Positions 33,748 to 44,164 of a stretch of DNA of 64,000 bases are shown piece by piece; within the stretch, counting starts at the first letter, position 1, and each line of letters opens with the position of its first letter. Origin of the DNA: an uncultured candidate division Zixibacteria bacterium (GTDB lineage: Bacteria; Zixibacteria; MSB-5A5; GN15; FEB-12). The notes under the pieces were generated by a model. The model was not told where the DNA came from and made no database searches. It was given only the letters and a program-made list of their open reading frames with translations. Position numbers and translations under genes: made by a program. Location: NCBI GenBank assembly GCA_963735035.1, contig CAVTJJ010000004.1:832001-896000 (forward strand), written 5' to 3'.

Positions 33748-34062
33748 TCTGGTCGCCTTCTGACACCTATAACAACCTTATAGGATAACTGTTTTTGGCT
33801 CAAATGGCAAGCAAAAACAAGCATGTATCATTATGTCTTTCAATTAGTTGCGGAGGTTGGGCGACTTGTTTTTTTGATCCTAGTCAGAGTTCTCAAAACA
33901 CGTCCGAATCAGAGGTCGAGAGATCAGCTTTCGGGGCTTCCCAGGGGAAGGCCGAGTCTGCTAGCATGGGAAATTTGCGACGAAAAGTTTTGCAAATTCC
34001 GGCCCGGATCAACGTCTTTGGTTGCAATGGCACTGGGAAAACATCTCAACAAAGGTAAGAAT

Positions 34063-35328
34063 ATGCTGAAACGAATCATGCTGGCCGCTTCTCTGTCTTT
34101 GATAGTAGTGGCATCTGTGGCTGCGCAGGCCAATAACATTGTCGATACAACCTTCGCAGTCAGTAAAGTCAACGATCATCTTTTCGTGGTGACAGGTCGT
34201 GTCGGCCTGTCTGTTAATTTTGTCGTGTCGGCCGGAGCCGACGGAGTCCTGCTGGTCGACGCCGGTAGTTCAGAAACGGCCGGAAAGTTGAGCCGCTTCC
34301 TGGATTCGCTGACCGACGTGCCAATCAAGTATGTGATTACGACTCATCCCCACGATGACCACTATGCGGGTAATCAGAACTTCGGGCCGGATGTACGCAT
34401 CATGGCCGACAGCAACGCCGCCGCGAGAATGAGCGGCAAATATTGTTCGCTGCCGCCGTTGCCGGGCACTCGGGGTGTGGACATAGCCCTGTCGAAAGAC
34501 ACCTCGATATTCTTCAATGGCGAAGAAATACGATTGATTCATGTGCCGACGACCCACACCGACGGTGATCTGATGGTCTTCTTCTCCAAGTCCAAAGTGC
34601 TTTGCGCGGGTGATCTGGTCTTTGCAGACATTATCCCGTTCGTTGACCTGGCCTCGGGCGGCAATGTTCAGAATTACGTAGCCAACACCAAACACCTCAT
34701 GGATACGCTGCCAGCGGACGTCAAGATCGTACCCGGCCACGGGCGAATCTACAGCCGGGAAGACTTGAAAGCGGTCTACGAAATGATGACTTATACTACC
34801 GGGGCAGTGAACGAGGCAAGAAGTCAGAATCGGACGGCGGAGCAGGTCCTTCAAGATCCCGGATTGAGTCGCTGGGCGGCCTGGGATGGCTCTCAGCGAA
34901 TCACCCAGATGAGCTACTGGATTCCATGTATCTTCCGCAGCCTTGAAGGTGCTGGACCCGCGTCCAAACCATCGATCTGTGCGCCGTTGACAGAGGCCAT
35001 AGTTCACGGTGGGATCGACTCGGCCCTGGCGCTGTATAGTAGATTGAAGAAAGCTCAACCGAATGGATACGATTTCGAAGAGGATCAACTGAACATTCTT
35101 GGCTATGAATTGCTGAACCGGAAGATGATGCCTGAGGCGAAGGCCATTTTCAATCTCAACTGTACAGAGCATCCTGAGTCAGGCAATGCTTTCGACAGCA
35201 TGGGTGAGTTCTACATGAATACCGGCGAGCGCGATCTGGCGATTCAGTTCTATCAGAAGTCGCTTGAGAAGAATCCTGAAAACACCAACGCGGTAGCAAT
35301 GCTTAAGCGACTAATGAGCGGCCAGTAA
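34063..35328 (+). CDS. Exported MBL-fold metallo-hydrolase with C-terminal TPR
   Basis: THPHDDH, HTDGD, AGD, PGHG; LNILGY...NAFDSMGE TPR. Confidence 0.88.
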   Translation: MLKRIMLAASLSLIVVASVAAQANNIVDTTFAVSKVNDHLFVVTGRVGLSVNFVVSAGADGVLLVDAGSSETAGKLSRFLDSLTDVPIKYVITTHPHDDHYAGNQNFGPDVRIMADSNAAARMSGKYCSLPPLPGTRGVDIALSKDTSIFFNGEEIRLIHVPTTHTDGDLMVFFSKSKVLCAGDLVFADIIPFVDLASGGNVQNYVANTKHLMDTLPADVKIVPGHGRIYSREDLKAVYEMMTYTTGAVNEARSQNRTAEQVLQDPGLSRWAAWDGSQRITQMSYWIPCIFRSLEGAGPASKPSICAPLTEAIVHGGIDSALALYSRLKKAQPNGYDFEEDQLNILGYELLNRKMMPEAKAIFNLNCTEHPESGNAFDSMGEFYMNTGERDLAIQFYQKSLEKNPENTNAVAMLKRLMSGQ

Positions 35329-35335
35329 GTTCGGT

Positions 35336-35785
35336 CTAAGCAAAGGTGCGGTACTTAGCCGATTTCAAACGCGTCCGGTGGGGATGTTTCACCGACGGCA
35401 CGCAGAAGTCCGGGCCTTCGTGACGTCTCATTCGGACGGTCAGGTCCTGGCAGCCGCGACAGCGCCGGATACTTCCGAGTGCTTCAGCCTTGATCCGTCG
35501 CTTCTTTTCGTGGGTTGGAGCATAAACCGGATGCTTGACGATTTCGTAACCTTTAGAAGGGTCGTGGTCGTCGAGGAATCGTACCCCGGCTTCGATCTCG
35601 TTAGTGCCGTCCTTGTAGATCGTCGCGCCGGGACATTCAATGATAACATGATCATCGGTGGAAGATGTCTCGATGAAAATTTCGGACGCAGTCAGGAGTT
35701 CTGAATTACAGTCCAGGCAGACCAGGGTACCGTTTCTCTGAATCAGAGGGCGTCCGCAATTGATGCAGGTCGAGGTCGAGTTCAC
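35336..35785 (-). CDS. Hypothetical Zn-ribbon protein
   Basis: CINC...CLDC and CRGC; start uncertain (35785/35812). Confidence 0.7.
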   Translation of the reverse strand: MNSTSTCINCGRPLIQRNGTLVCLDCNSELLTASEIFIETSSTDDHVIIECPGATIYKDGTNEIEAGVRFLDDHDPSKGYEIVKHPVYAPTHEKKRRIKAEALGSIRRCRGCQDLTVRMRRHEGPDFCVPSVKHPHRTRLKSAKYRTFA

Positions 35786-35822
35786 TTTTGCACCTGTTTC
35801 TCGAAGTTTCATGAGAGATAGA

Positions 35823-35838
35823 TGCAAGCGGACTGCCG
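35823..35838 (-). promoter_or_regulatory. Putative sigma54 promoter
   Basis: CGGCAGTCCGCTTGCA, GG-N10-GC. Confidence 0.5.
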
Positions 35839-35909
35839 ACCGGGGTAGTTGACTCTAAGTGAATGTTGGCGTGTCTGTTGAGGGTCCCATTGTCACTTTG
35901 CAGAATAAG

Positions 35910-35939
35910 AAAAGCGGCCCGCCTCTGGGGCGGACCGCT
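35910..35939 (-). terminator. Intrinsic terminator
   Basis: GC-rich stem followed by T run on the minus strand. Confidence 0.6.
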
Positions 35940-35998
35940 ATACGCTGTAGGTAGCGTCCAACATCCGCGGAAATGCCAAGCCGCGGCAGGTTATCTAG

Positions 35999-36328
35999 TT
36001 ATCCTTTGAATAATAGCACCAATGAGCACAGGGTGACCGTCACCGGCAGCGCCACGCCGAAACTGACCGGCAATATGAGCGACGCCAGGAAAGCGAGCAC
36101 CAACGCTGGCACCACCAGGTATTTGATCGCCGCGATAGTCATCATCACCAGACGAGACACGACAAACACGATCAGCACGCCCAGCGTGATGTAGGCTGCG
36201 ATCAAGCCGGTCTGGCCGAAGTTGTCGAGGATGTATTGCCTTGCGGCAACAATCAACCCCGAGTAATCGCCTGCTTTGGCGATGGCTTCTTCAGCCAGAA
36301 TCTTCGCTTTTGTCAAAAGCTCAAACAT
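35999..36328 (-). CDS. Hypothetical membrane protein
   Basis: MFELLTK start overlapping the upstream gene; 2-3 TM segments. Confidence 0.7.
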   Translation of the reverse strand: MFELLTKAKILAEEAIAKAGDYSGLIVAARQYILDNFGQTGLIAAYITLGVLIVFVVSRLVMMTIAAIKYLVVPALVLAFLASLILPVSFGVALPVTVTLCSLVLLFKG

Positions 36329-36548
36329 CGGCCGCTTCTTCCAAAGGTTCAATGGTCAACGATGATTCGCCCACTCGACTCAGTCCCACCATTCGGTGGG
36401 TCAGGAAATTCTGAGTGGTAATCCACTTGTGGGACACGTCCATGATCTCATCCTGATCGACGTCGCTGATCCAGTCGAGAATGATATGATCGATGTTCTC
36501 TTCGTTCACGACGACGTCGTCCATGGTCAACACAAACTTTACTTTCAT
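36321..36548 (-). CDS. Small acidic hypothetical protein
   Basis: 75-aa ORF, protein-like composition, coupled to downstream gene. Confidence 0.7.
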   Translation of the reverse strand: MKVKFVLTMDDVVVNEENIDHIILDWISDVDQDEIMDVSHKWITTQNFLTHRMVGLSRVGESSLTIEPLEEAADV

Positions 36549-36592
36549 AACATACCGTTCCGGCTTTGTGTTTCTGTTCCGTTCCGGTACTG

Positions 36593-36608
36593 TGCAATGG
36601 GGATGCCA
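36593..36608 (-). promoter_or_regulatory. Putative sigma54 promoter
   Basis: TGGCATCCCCATTGCA, GG-N10-GC, ~45 nt upstream of the ATG. Confidence 0.6.
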
Positions 36609-36755
36609 CCCGCTGGAGATATCGCGCGGGGGTGCTTAAGCTGCTTCTGGTCAACGGGTTAGGGTGGGACGAACGGGATCGTCGGGCCACCCCTCAGCGG
36701 TGTCGAGCATGGGGCTGTCCGCCAGGTATGGGGGGAAGGCCATAGAGTGGGGAGT

Positions 36756-37171
36756 AACAATAAGACGGGCGGCCGGTTAGGCCGCCCGCTGGAAATCGAC
36801 TGCAGTAGTCAACCGAGAACTGGTAGACTCGGTTGCCCCAAGACAGGGGCCGGTTTCAGTCGCCGGTTGAAAGAACTACGACTCAGTGTCGTCGGTCAAT
36901 CAAAGCGACAAGGCTACCGGAAGGCCATGGCAGACGCGGAGGGGAACCTCGGCGCTGCTCCAAGTCCCTTTGGACTACCAAAATCCCGCTATCCCTCGCG
37001 GCAGTGACGGAGAACCGTCCGACGACCGAGAGATAACCTCACTCCATAAGCATTCCTCCATCCTTGAGATGTGCTCTACTAGCGGTGAGGTTACGAGACG
37101 GGGATTGCAGTGACTCTAGCGCCGGACCCGACGTTATTGGGCAGCCGGGAGACGGCATCGTCTGATCTCGT
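36756..37171 (-). ncRNA. Candidate structured non-coding RNA of unknown class
   Basis: TTGACA-17-TATGAT promoter (37206-37178), nested long-range stems, terminator hairpin 36766-36788, no credible ORF. Confidence 0.6.
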
Positions 37172-37259
37172 GCTTATATCATAGTTATGAAGGCCGTTGT
37201 TGTCAAGGGATTTGTGGTTATGAGGCGGGGGTGCCACACAGTAGCTCCGGTGGATCAGT

Positions 37260-37416
37260 CTTGTAGGTCAGGAGCCCTGAGGCTCCTGACGAAATGTTAG
37301 TTCAAATATACAAGTGTCAGGAGGCTAAGGCCTCCTGACCTACTAGACTCAAGGGGCAGACGAGGACGTCTGCCGCCCACTCAAAATTGGCGGGTTCGAA
37401 GACGGACCCACCCTAC
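37260..37416. repeat. GTAG-type REP doublet plus further palindromes
   Basis: gtaggtcaggagccctgaggctcctgac ... gtcaggaggctaaggcctcctgacctac (inverted pair). Confidence 0.8.
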
Positions 37417-37479
37417 GGGCCTTGACATTCGCGGCACATACGACTAAATTTTGACAAACATATCAGTCAGGCGGGCATT

Positions 37480-38109
37480 ATGATCATCAGGATAACCGTA
37501 AGCATAGTCGTGGCGCTGGTTTTCGCCGCGTCTTCATGGGCACAAGGGGTTATGCTCAATTTCAACGAAGATGGTTCGTACGTCGAAGCGGGGTATCTCT
37601 CCAACCGGTTCGGAGCCGGGGGCGGTGCCGGTCTGGGCTTTACCCGGGGAGCCCTGGATCTCGGAATAGAATGTGGTTTTATGGGGGGCGATTATGTGAG
37701 TTCCACAAGCATAGCGCAGGAAGCTGCATTTGATTTCACCCGTCTCTCCAAGTTCGAAAGTCCCGTGAGCTTTCAGCTCCGCGAAGCGGTGGGCTTGAGT
37801 ACAAACAGTAACATCACCCTGGCCCTGGGACCCGCCCTGTATCTGAGAGCCGTCGATCCTCTCGGAGCAACTTGTGTGGTCGGTGGTGGTGTGTCCGTCT
37901 TGCAGGGATTGTCCGGCGGGTCCACTCGGGAGGCGGTGTTTGTTTCTGACATGAGTCTTGCACTGGGATATCGTACAGGGGGAACTTGTGTCAGTGTGGT
38001 AGGTTCGGCGTCGTTTGGCGACTACCTTACGACGTATTCTCTTGGTCTGAATTTCAATTTCATCGGCAAGGAGGCTCGGTTCGGGAGGGTGTACGAGACG
38101 TGGGAGTAG
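37480..38109 (+). CDS. Hypothetical exported beta-strand-rich protein
   Basis: Signal peptide, Gly/aromatic alternating strands. Confidence 0.6.
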   Translation: MIIRITVSIVVALVFAASSWAQGVMLNFNEDGSYVEAGYLSNRFGAGGGAGLGFTRGALDLGIECGFMGGDYVSSTSIAQEAAFDFTRLSKFESPVSFQLREAVGLSTNSNITLALGPALYLRAVDPLGATCVVGGGVSVLQGLSGGSTREAVFVSDMSLALGYRTGGTCVSVVGSASFGDYLTTYSLGLNFNFIGKEARFGRVYETWE

Positions 38110-38261
38110 GGCAATGGAGCGGGGCGCTGAGGATGGGTGCGGGAATGACGATGGACGGGCCCTATTGCCGAATCTAATCCCACCGCAAGCGGTGGGGCGC
38201 CCGAGCTTGTAGGACCGTCAGAGACTACAATGATGGTCAATGTAGGGAAGAGAGGATTGAA

Positions 38262-38768
38262 ATGAGGCCACATTCGGACCCCAATGCACGTATCATGATG
38301 GCTGGATTGGGTTTCTTGTTGATGGCACTTGTGGTTGCACACCTGTCGTGCGCCACTGGACGTAGGATCGGAGAGCACGACAAGACCGTTGAAGGAGAGT
38401 TCACTGTACTCTGGGTAGACAGTACTATGCTGAACTATAACCTCGTCATTATGTGTTTGAGTGACAAGGGACCGTTCGCTGTAGTTTCGGCCAAGGACAG
38501 CACAGGTACACCCCAGATTCTCAGCGATTCATCAAAGCTTAGAGAGGGAATGAGGTGCCATTTGCAGATTCGCCTATGGGAGGTTATGGATCAGCCAATT
38601 ATCGAACCCATTCTTCGCGTTGCTAATTTGACAGAGGTCAACTTATATGGGGCATGTAGGGCAGGGACCGATTCACTCGCATTTCTCTGGTTAGGCCATT
38701 CGGTCAAGACTCGGCTATACCGCAGTGATGACATTGCTGGCCTGTATGTGCGGGCGCATGCCCGGTAG
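38262..38768 (+). CDS. Hypothetical lipoprotein
   Basis: Hydrophobic N-terminus ending HLSC. Confidence 0.55.
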   Translation: MRPHSDPNARIMMAGLGFLLMALVVAHLSCATGRRIGEHDKTVEGEFTVLWVDSTMLNYNLVIMCLSDKGPFAVVSAKDSTGTPQILSDSSKLREGMRCHLQIRLWEVMDQPIIEPILRVANLTEVNLYGACRAGTDSLAFLWLGHSVKTRLYRSDDIAGLYVRAHAR

Positions 38769-38944
38769 TTACATGGGGTAGAAGGGAACTTGTAGCCCAC
38801 AGCTGTGGGTTGTTAGACAGAGGTGCGCACTCCCATGTGTTACCTATGTGCTTGGACTATTGTGTTACCCATTTGCCCGGTTCTTGTTCGGCAGGGTTGG
38901 AACCCTGCCGATCAGGTTTGTGGGGCACCCGAGCGGATCCTGAC

Positions 38945-40492
38945 CTACTCCAACATCCTGAATACTTCCGGGAGGAAATCAATTATGTCGCCGGCGATCA
39001 TAGCGCGAGGAGTTAGAGCGTCAGCGGCCAGGTCGCCCGCTAGACCGTGGATGAACACACCGGCCGCGGCGGCTTCGTAAGGATCGTCACACTGCGCCAG
39101 CAGCGTCCCGATAACGCCCGACAACACGTCGCCCGATCCACCGGTCGCCATGCCGTGATTGCCGGTCGGATTGAGACAACAGCGACCGTCGGGTGACGCC
39201 GTCAGCGTGGGCGAACCCTTCAAGACTACAACTACGTTATTATCAGCCGCGAATTTCATGGCAACTTCGGCGCGTGCTTCAATGTCCTGCTCCGAAGGCG
39301 GTGTGACTCCAGATAGTCGAGCGAACTCGCCCGGATGAGGCGTGAGCACCAGCTTGGCTTTACAATCGCGCAGAATCTCAGAGTGACCTTCAAAGGCGTT
39401 CAATCCGTCAGCATCGATTAGGGTTGGTTTGTCAAGCTGACTCACCAGGCGATGCATCAGTTCCTGAGTCTCATGATGTCGCCCGATGCCCGGGCCCAGA
39501 ATCACAGAATCGTGTTCGCTGAACAGTTGTCTTATTTCTCCAAGCCCACGCAGGGCAAAGACGCCCTTGTTGCGGACATCTGGTATGGGACGGGTCATGA
39601 CTTCGGTAAGCTTGGTCGCCAGCACCGGCTGGGTTGATTTCGGGCAGGCCAGTTTAGCGAGGCCGCATCCGGCGCGAAGACTTGCCAGCGAAGCCAGCGC
39701 CGCGGCTCCGGTCATGCCGGTCGAACCGGCAACTGTCAGCACGCGGCCGAAATCACCTTTATGGCCGTCCGGTTTGCGCGGCGGAAGGATCTCCTCCACC
39801 CACTCGTATGTCGCTAAATCAATCTTCAGATTGAAACTATCGATCACATCATCCGGAATCCCGATTGGAACAACTTCGACCTCGCCGCTCGCTTCACGTC
39901 CCGGTGAAAGGAAGAGACCGAACTTGGGCAGTGCCAGCGTGTAGGTATAGTCGGCCTCGACTACCGCGCCCTCGCATGCACCGGTGTCGGCGTTCAATCC
40001 GGATGGCAGGTCGACCGCTACGATGATCGACTCAAGTTCGTTGATGTACTCAATCATGTCGGCCGCGACACCGTGTGGCTCACCGGAGAATCCGGTGCCG
40101 AATATGGCATCGATAGCGATGTCGCACTCAAGTGATGCGGGGAGATCATCGGATGACTTGACTTCATGAATCTTCAGATTCAATTCGACCGCGCGCTCGT
40201 AATTGCGTCGAGCATCCTGCGACAACTCTTCCGGCGGGCCGATGAAGTATATCTGAACGTCGGCGCCGGCCTGACTTAGTTGACGCGCGATGACAAACCC
40301 ATCACCACCGTTATTCCCCTTACCGCAGAAGACGGCCACTTTTGATTGCGCAGGGTTAGGAACGAGATCGCACAACAGGCGTTGAAAGATGCCGCCGCCC
40401 GCGCTCTCCATCAGCTTGTCAGAAGGGATGCCGCGCCGGTCAATCGTCTCGCGATCGATCAGGCGCATGATGGCCGACGTTACCAGTTTCAC
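38945..40492 (-). CDS. nnr: Bifunctional NAD(P)H-hydrate epimerase/dehydratase
   Basis: GKGNNGGDG, DAIFGTG, HKGDFG, LTPHPGEF, ATGGSGDVLSG. Confidence 0.96.
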   Translation of the reverse strand: MKLVTSAIMRLIDRETIDRRGIPSDKLMESAGGGIFQRLLCDLVPNPAQSKVAVFCGKGNNGGDGFVIARQLSQAGADVQIYFIGPPEELSQDARRNYERAVELNLKIHEVKSSDDLPASLECDIAIDAIFGTGFSGEPHGVAADMIEYINELESIIVAVDLPSGLNADTGACEGAVVEADYTYTLALPKFGLFLSPGREASGEVEVVPIGIPDDVIDSFNLKIDLATYEWVEEILPPRKPDGHKGDFGRVLTVAGSTGMTGAAALASLASLRAGCGLAKLACPKSTQPVLATKLTEVMTRPIPDVRNKGVFALRGLGEIRQLFSEHDSVILGPGIGRHHETQELMHRLVSQLDKPTLIDADGLNAFEGHSEILRDCKAKLVLTPHPGEFARLSGVTPPSEQDIEARAEVAMKFAADNNVVVVLKGSPTLTASPDGRCCLNPTGNHGMATGGSGDVLSGVIGTLLAQCDDPYEAAAAGVFIHGLAGDLAADALTPRAMIAGDIIDFLPEVFRMLE

Positions 40493-40515
40493 CGCGCCGC
40501 TCCGGTTATGAGACT

Positions 40516-42897
40516 TTACGCTTTCGCTCGTTGCGCTTTGGTCTTCACAGGGGAAGGTTTCCGAGTTGATTTGTCTAGCGCAAAGTTAATCGCCGAAAGG
40601 ACGTTGGAAAAGAACTTTAGCTTCAGCTTATGGCGAATTTCGGGAGAAATCTCCACGATGTCTTTCCGGTTTTCTTCTGGAAGTATCACCGTTTCGACTC
40701 CGGCCCGGGCTGCTGTCAGCAGTTTCATTTTGAGGCCGCCTATTGGCAGTAATTCGCCCCTCAGTGTGATTTCGCCGGTCATCGCCAGGCTCGATTTCAC
40801 CGGGGTCTGGGTCAGAAGCGACGCCAGCGCAACCGCCATCGTGATACCGGCGGAGGGGCCGTCTTTCGGGATTGCACCCGACGGCACATGGATGTGAATT
40901 TCCCGGTTTTCGAGGGCCGCGTCACTGACGCCAAGTATCTCGGCGTTTGAACGGATAAACGACATGGCCGCCTGTGCGGACTCTTTCATGACATCGCCAA
41001 GATGACCGGTCAGCGTCAGGGTCTGTTTACCCGGCATCGATGTTGCCTCGACAAACAGAATATCGCCACCGACCGCGGTATAGGCAAGCGCCGGGACGAC
41101 ACCGATCTGTCCGGTGCGACTGAGCACTTCACGCGTGAACTTGCGGGGGCCAAGAAGTCTGGCGATGTCTTTCTCATCGACCGATTGCTTTCCCTTGGTG
41201 CCGGTCGCCACACGTCGGGCGACTTTGCGGGCCACCGCGGCAATAGAGCGTTCGAGATTGCGGAGCCCCGCCTCGCGGGTGTAGCCGTCGATAATTGACC
41301 TGATCGCGTCGTCATTTATTGTCAGCACCGACTTGCTCAAGCCGTGGTTGGCGAGCTGCTTCGGGATCAAATGCCGCCGCGCGATTTGAAGTTTCTCCAG
41401 GTCGGTATAGCCGGGAAGACTGATGAACTCCATCCGGTCTTGAAGGACTGGAGGAATCGGGTCGGCCCAGTTGGCCGTCGTGATAAACATCACTTGTGAC
41501 AGGTCAAACGGCACGTCGAGATAATGATCCGAAAACGTGTCGTTTTGTTCCGGGTCGAGAACTTCGAGCAGGGCCGAGGCCGGGTCGCCACGGAAATCGC
41601 TGCCGAGCTTGTCGATCTCATCGAGCATGATGATCGGGTTATTCGTGCCGCAGCGCTTGATCGACTGAATGATCCGTCCGGGCATCGAGCCTATATAAGT
41701 GCGACGGTGGCCGCGGATTTCAGCTTCATCACGCATTCCGCCGAGCGAGACGCGGGAGAACTGCCGGCCCATGGCGCGGGCAATCGACTGTCCGAGCGAG
41801 GTCTTGCCGACTCCGGGAGGGCCGAGGAAGCAGAGGATCGGGCCTTTGACGTCCGATTTCAACTTGCGCACGGCGAGATATTCGAGAATGCGATCCTTGA
41901 CTTCGACCAGGTTGTAATGGTCTTCGTCGAGCGTCTTCTTGGCTTTCTTGAGGTCGAGGCGATCTTCACTGGACTTATTCCAGGGGAGGTTCACGAGCCA
42001 GTCGAGATAGGTGCGCGAGACCGTATATTCCGCCGATGACGGCTGCATGTGCGAGATACGTTCGAGTTCTTTGCGGGCGGCCTTTTCGGCCATCTCCGGC
42101 ATTTCGGCGGCTTTGATCTTCTCTTCGAACTCACCCAGTTCGCCGGTATCGTCGGCGTCACCCAATTCCTTTTTGATCGCCTTGAGTTGCTCGCGCAGAA
42201 TGTAATGTCTTTGGGATTTTCCCAGTTCGCTGGCCGCCTGTGACTGAATTTTCTGCGACAGCTCAAGCACTTCGATTTCTTTGTTGATGATCTGAAAGAG
42301 AATCTGTGCGCGGCGGGGGACATCGAGTTCGGCCAGGATGCGCTGCCGCTGGTCCTGCGACATGTTCAGGTTCGAGGCAATGAAATCAGTTAACTTGGAC
42401 GGCGAGTCCTGATTGACCGCCGATACGTGGAATTCTTCGTTAAGGTACGGCGCCAGTTCGACCAGTTTCTTCAGCCGTTCGATGAGGCTGCGCTGCAGCG
42501 CTTCCATCTTGATTGGGTCGCTGATCCGTTCTTCGAGTTCTTCTATTTCGGCCATCAGGTGCGGCGTTTCGGAAGTGAATCGCTTGATGCGGATTCGGCT
42601 CAGCCCCTGAATCAGGAAACGGACTGTTCCGTCCGGGAAGCGAAGCATCTTGAGGATATTTCCGGCAGTTCCTATGTGATAGAGTCCGTCCGGGCCGGGG
42701 CGCTCCTCGTTCGGGTCGCGCTGGAGAAACATCGCCACGCGTGAGCCGCGCATTAGAGCCTCGTCAACCAGACGCGTCTGGTCCGGCTGCTGGATCATGA
42801 GCGGCACTACCAGGAACGGATAGACCACGGTTCCTCGAAGTGGCAGCACCGGAAGTACATCGGCGCCTATGTGTGGCACGTTTTCGATCTTGTCCAT
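40516..42897 (-). CDS. lon: ATP-dependent protease La
   Basis: GPPGVGKTS, RRTYIG, PKDGPSAG, MTGE; start 42897 or 42909. Confidence 0.98.
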   Translation of the reverse strand: MDKIENVPHIGADVLPVLPLRGTVVYPFLVVPLMIQQPDQTRLVDEALMRGSRVAMFLQRDPNEERPGPDGLYHIGTAGNILKMLRFPDGTVRFLIQGLSRIRIKRFTSETPHLMAEIEELEERISDPIKMEALQRSLIERLKKLVELAPYLNEEFHVSAVNQDSPSKLTDFIASNLNMSQDQRQRILAELDVPRRAQILFQIINKEIEVLELSQKIQSQAASELGKSQRHYILREQLKAIKKELGDADDTGELGEFEEKIKAAEMPEMAEKAARKELERISHMQPSSAEYTVSRTYLDWLVNLPWNKSSEDRLDLKKAKKTLDEDHYNLVEVKDRILEYLAVRKLKSDVKGPILCFLGPPGVGKTSLGQSIARAMGRQFSRVSLGGMRDEAEIRGHRRTYIGSMPGRIIQSIKRCGTNNPIIMLDEIDKLGSDFRGDPASALLEVLDPEQNDTFSDHYLDVPFDLSQVMFITTANWADPIPPVLQDRMEFISLPGYTDLEKLQIARRHLIPKQLANHGLSKSVLTINDDAIRSIIDGYTREAGLRNLERSIAAVARKVARRVATGTKGKQSVDEKDIARLLGPRKFTREVLSRTGQIGVVPALAYTAVGGDILFVEATSMPGKQTLTLTGHLGDVMKESAQAAMSFIRSNAEILGVSDAALENREIHIHVPSGAIPKDGPSAGITMAVALASLLTQTPVKSSLAMTGEITLRGELLPIGGLKMKLLTAARAGVETVILPEENRKDIVEISPEIRHKLKLKFFSNVLSAINFALDKSTRKPSPVKTKAQRAKA

Positions 42898-43061
42898 TAT
42901 ATCCGCCAACTTTGCCTCATTTCACACAAGTGGAGTACAACAACTCTAGTTATCGGCGAGACTGCTCAATTTCTGAACAGGTCGCACACCGCTCACACCG
43001 GCTCCGGGCAATCTCGGGTGTGGCGCTGTCATAACGGTTAACGAGACCGAAAGTTCCACGT

Positions 43062-44114
43062 TTAGACGTTGAACCGGAACAAGATAACGTCGCCGTCCTG
43101 TACGATGTAGTCCTTGCCTTCAAGGCGATGTTTCCCGGCCGCCTTGATGGCGGGCATCGTCTCGAAGCGGTCGTAGTCGGCGTAGGCTACAATTTCGGCC
43201 CGGATAAAGCCACGCTCGATATCGGTGTGGATAACGCCGGCCGCGTGCTGGGCGTTAGTCCCCCTGGTGATGGTCCACGCGCGCACTTCCGGTTCGCCGG
43301 CAGTCAGGAATGAAATCAAGCCGAGCAACGCATACGATCTTTGAATCACCAGTTCGGTGGCGGGGGCGCTGATTCCGAGCTCGTCCATGAACGACCGCCG
43401 GTCCTTTTCTTCCAGGTCGACCAGTTCGGCCTCGACACTTCCAGACATCACTACCAGTTCGCGGCGCCCGGGGCTGACCAGTCCGGCGTGATGACTCAGC
43501 AGGGCAGCTCCTCCGGCGAGATCCTTCTCGGCGATATTCAGCACGATCAGGAGCGGCTTGAGTGATAGAAACTTGAATCCGCGCAACGGCTTGAATTCTT
43601 CTTCGGAAAAATCCAGATCGAGGAGCGGCTTTTCTTGATCGAGCGCCTCAAGACACCGCTTCATCAGTTCGAGTTCTTTCTGGCCGGCTTTGTCGCCGGT
43701 CAGCTTGGCTTTTCGTTCCCGCTTCTCGATGGCGCTGTCGATGAGAACGTGATCCAGCAGAATCATTTCTTCGACGAGGGCGCTCATCTCGGCTTCCGGG
43801 CGGGCGTCGGGGGAGAAAGCGTCCACGACCATGAGGAAAGCATCAGCCTGCCTCAGGTCGTCACTGATCTCGAGCGCGCCACTCTTCTTGCCCTGTCCGG
43901 ACAAACCGGGGGCGTCGAGGAACTCGATGGTAGCAGGGGTAATCTTTTTCGGGTTGTTCAGTTGGGCCAGACGGTCGAGACGGGAGTCCGGGACTTTGAC
44001 CAGAGCCCGATGGACCGTCTTGCTGAAATCGCCGACTGTGGCGTGTTGCCCGGCCGCCGCGTTGAAGACGGTCGTCTTGCCCGATTGTGGTTTGCCTATA
44101 ATAGCCAGTTTCAT
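43062..44114 (-). CDS. ychF: YchF-family Obg-like ATPase
   Basis: GKPQSGKTT, AAGVIHTDIERGFIRAE, EGKDYIVQDGD, FRFNV. Confidence 0.93.
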   Translation of the reverse strand: MKLAIIGKPQSGKTTVFNAAAGQHATVGDFSKTVHRALVKVPDSRLDRLAQLNNPKKITPATIEFLDAPGLSGQGKKSGALEISDDLRQADAFLMVVDAFSPDARPEAEMSALVEEMILLDHVLIDSAIEKRERKAKLTGDKAGQKELELMKRCLEALDQEKPLLDLDFSEEEFKPLRGFKFLSLKPLLIVLNIAEKDLAGGAALLSHHAGLVSPGRRELVVMSGSVEAELVDLEEKDRRSFMDELGISAPATELVIQRSYALLGLISFLTAGEPEVRAWTITRGTNAQHAAGVIHTDIERGFIRAEIVAYADYDRFETMPAIKAAGKHRLEGKDYIVQDGDVILFRFNV

Positions 44115-44164
44115 AGGCGCGCATAGTAGCGCATTTCAGAGCGATTCACAAGTGGGATTGAAGG

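Noticed and set aside
34270..35172. Long antisense ORFs (also 2733-3794, 16243-16902, 44865-45641)
   Set aside because: Shadows of well-supported genes on the opposite strand
36756..37171. tmRNA, RNase P RNA, SRP RNA or cobalamin riboswitch identity
   Set aside because: No GGGG...CCACCA ends, no GAGGAAAGTCC, no SRP helix-8 motif, no complete B12 box
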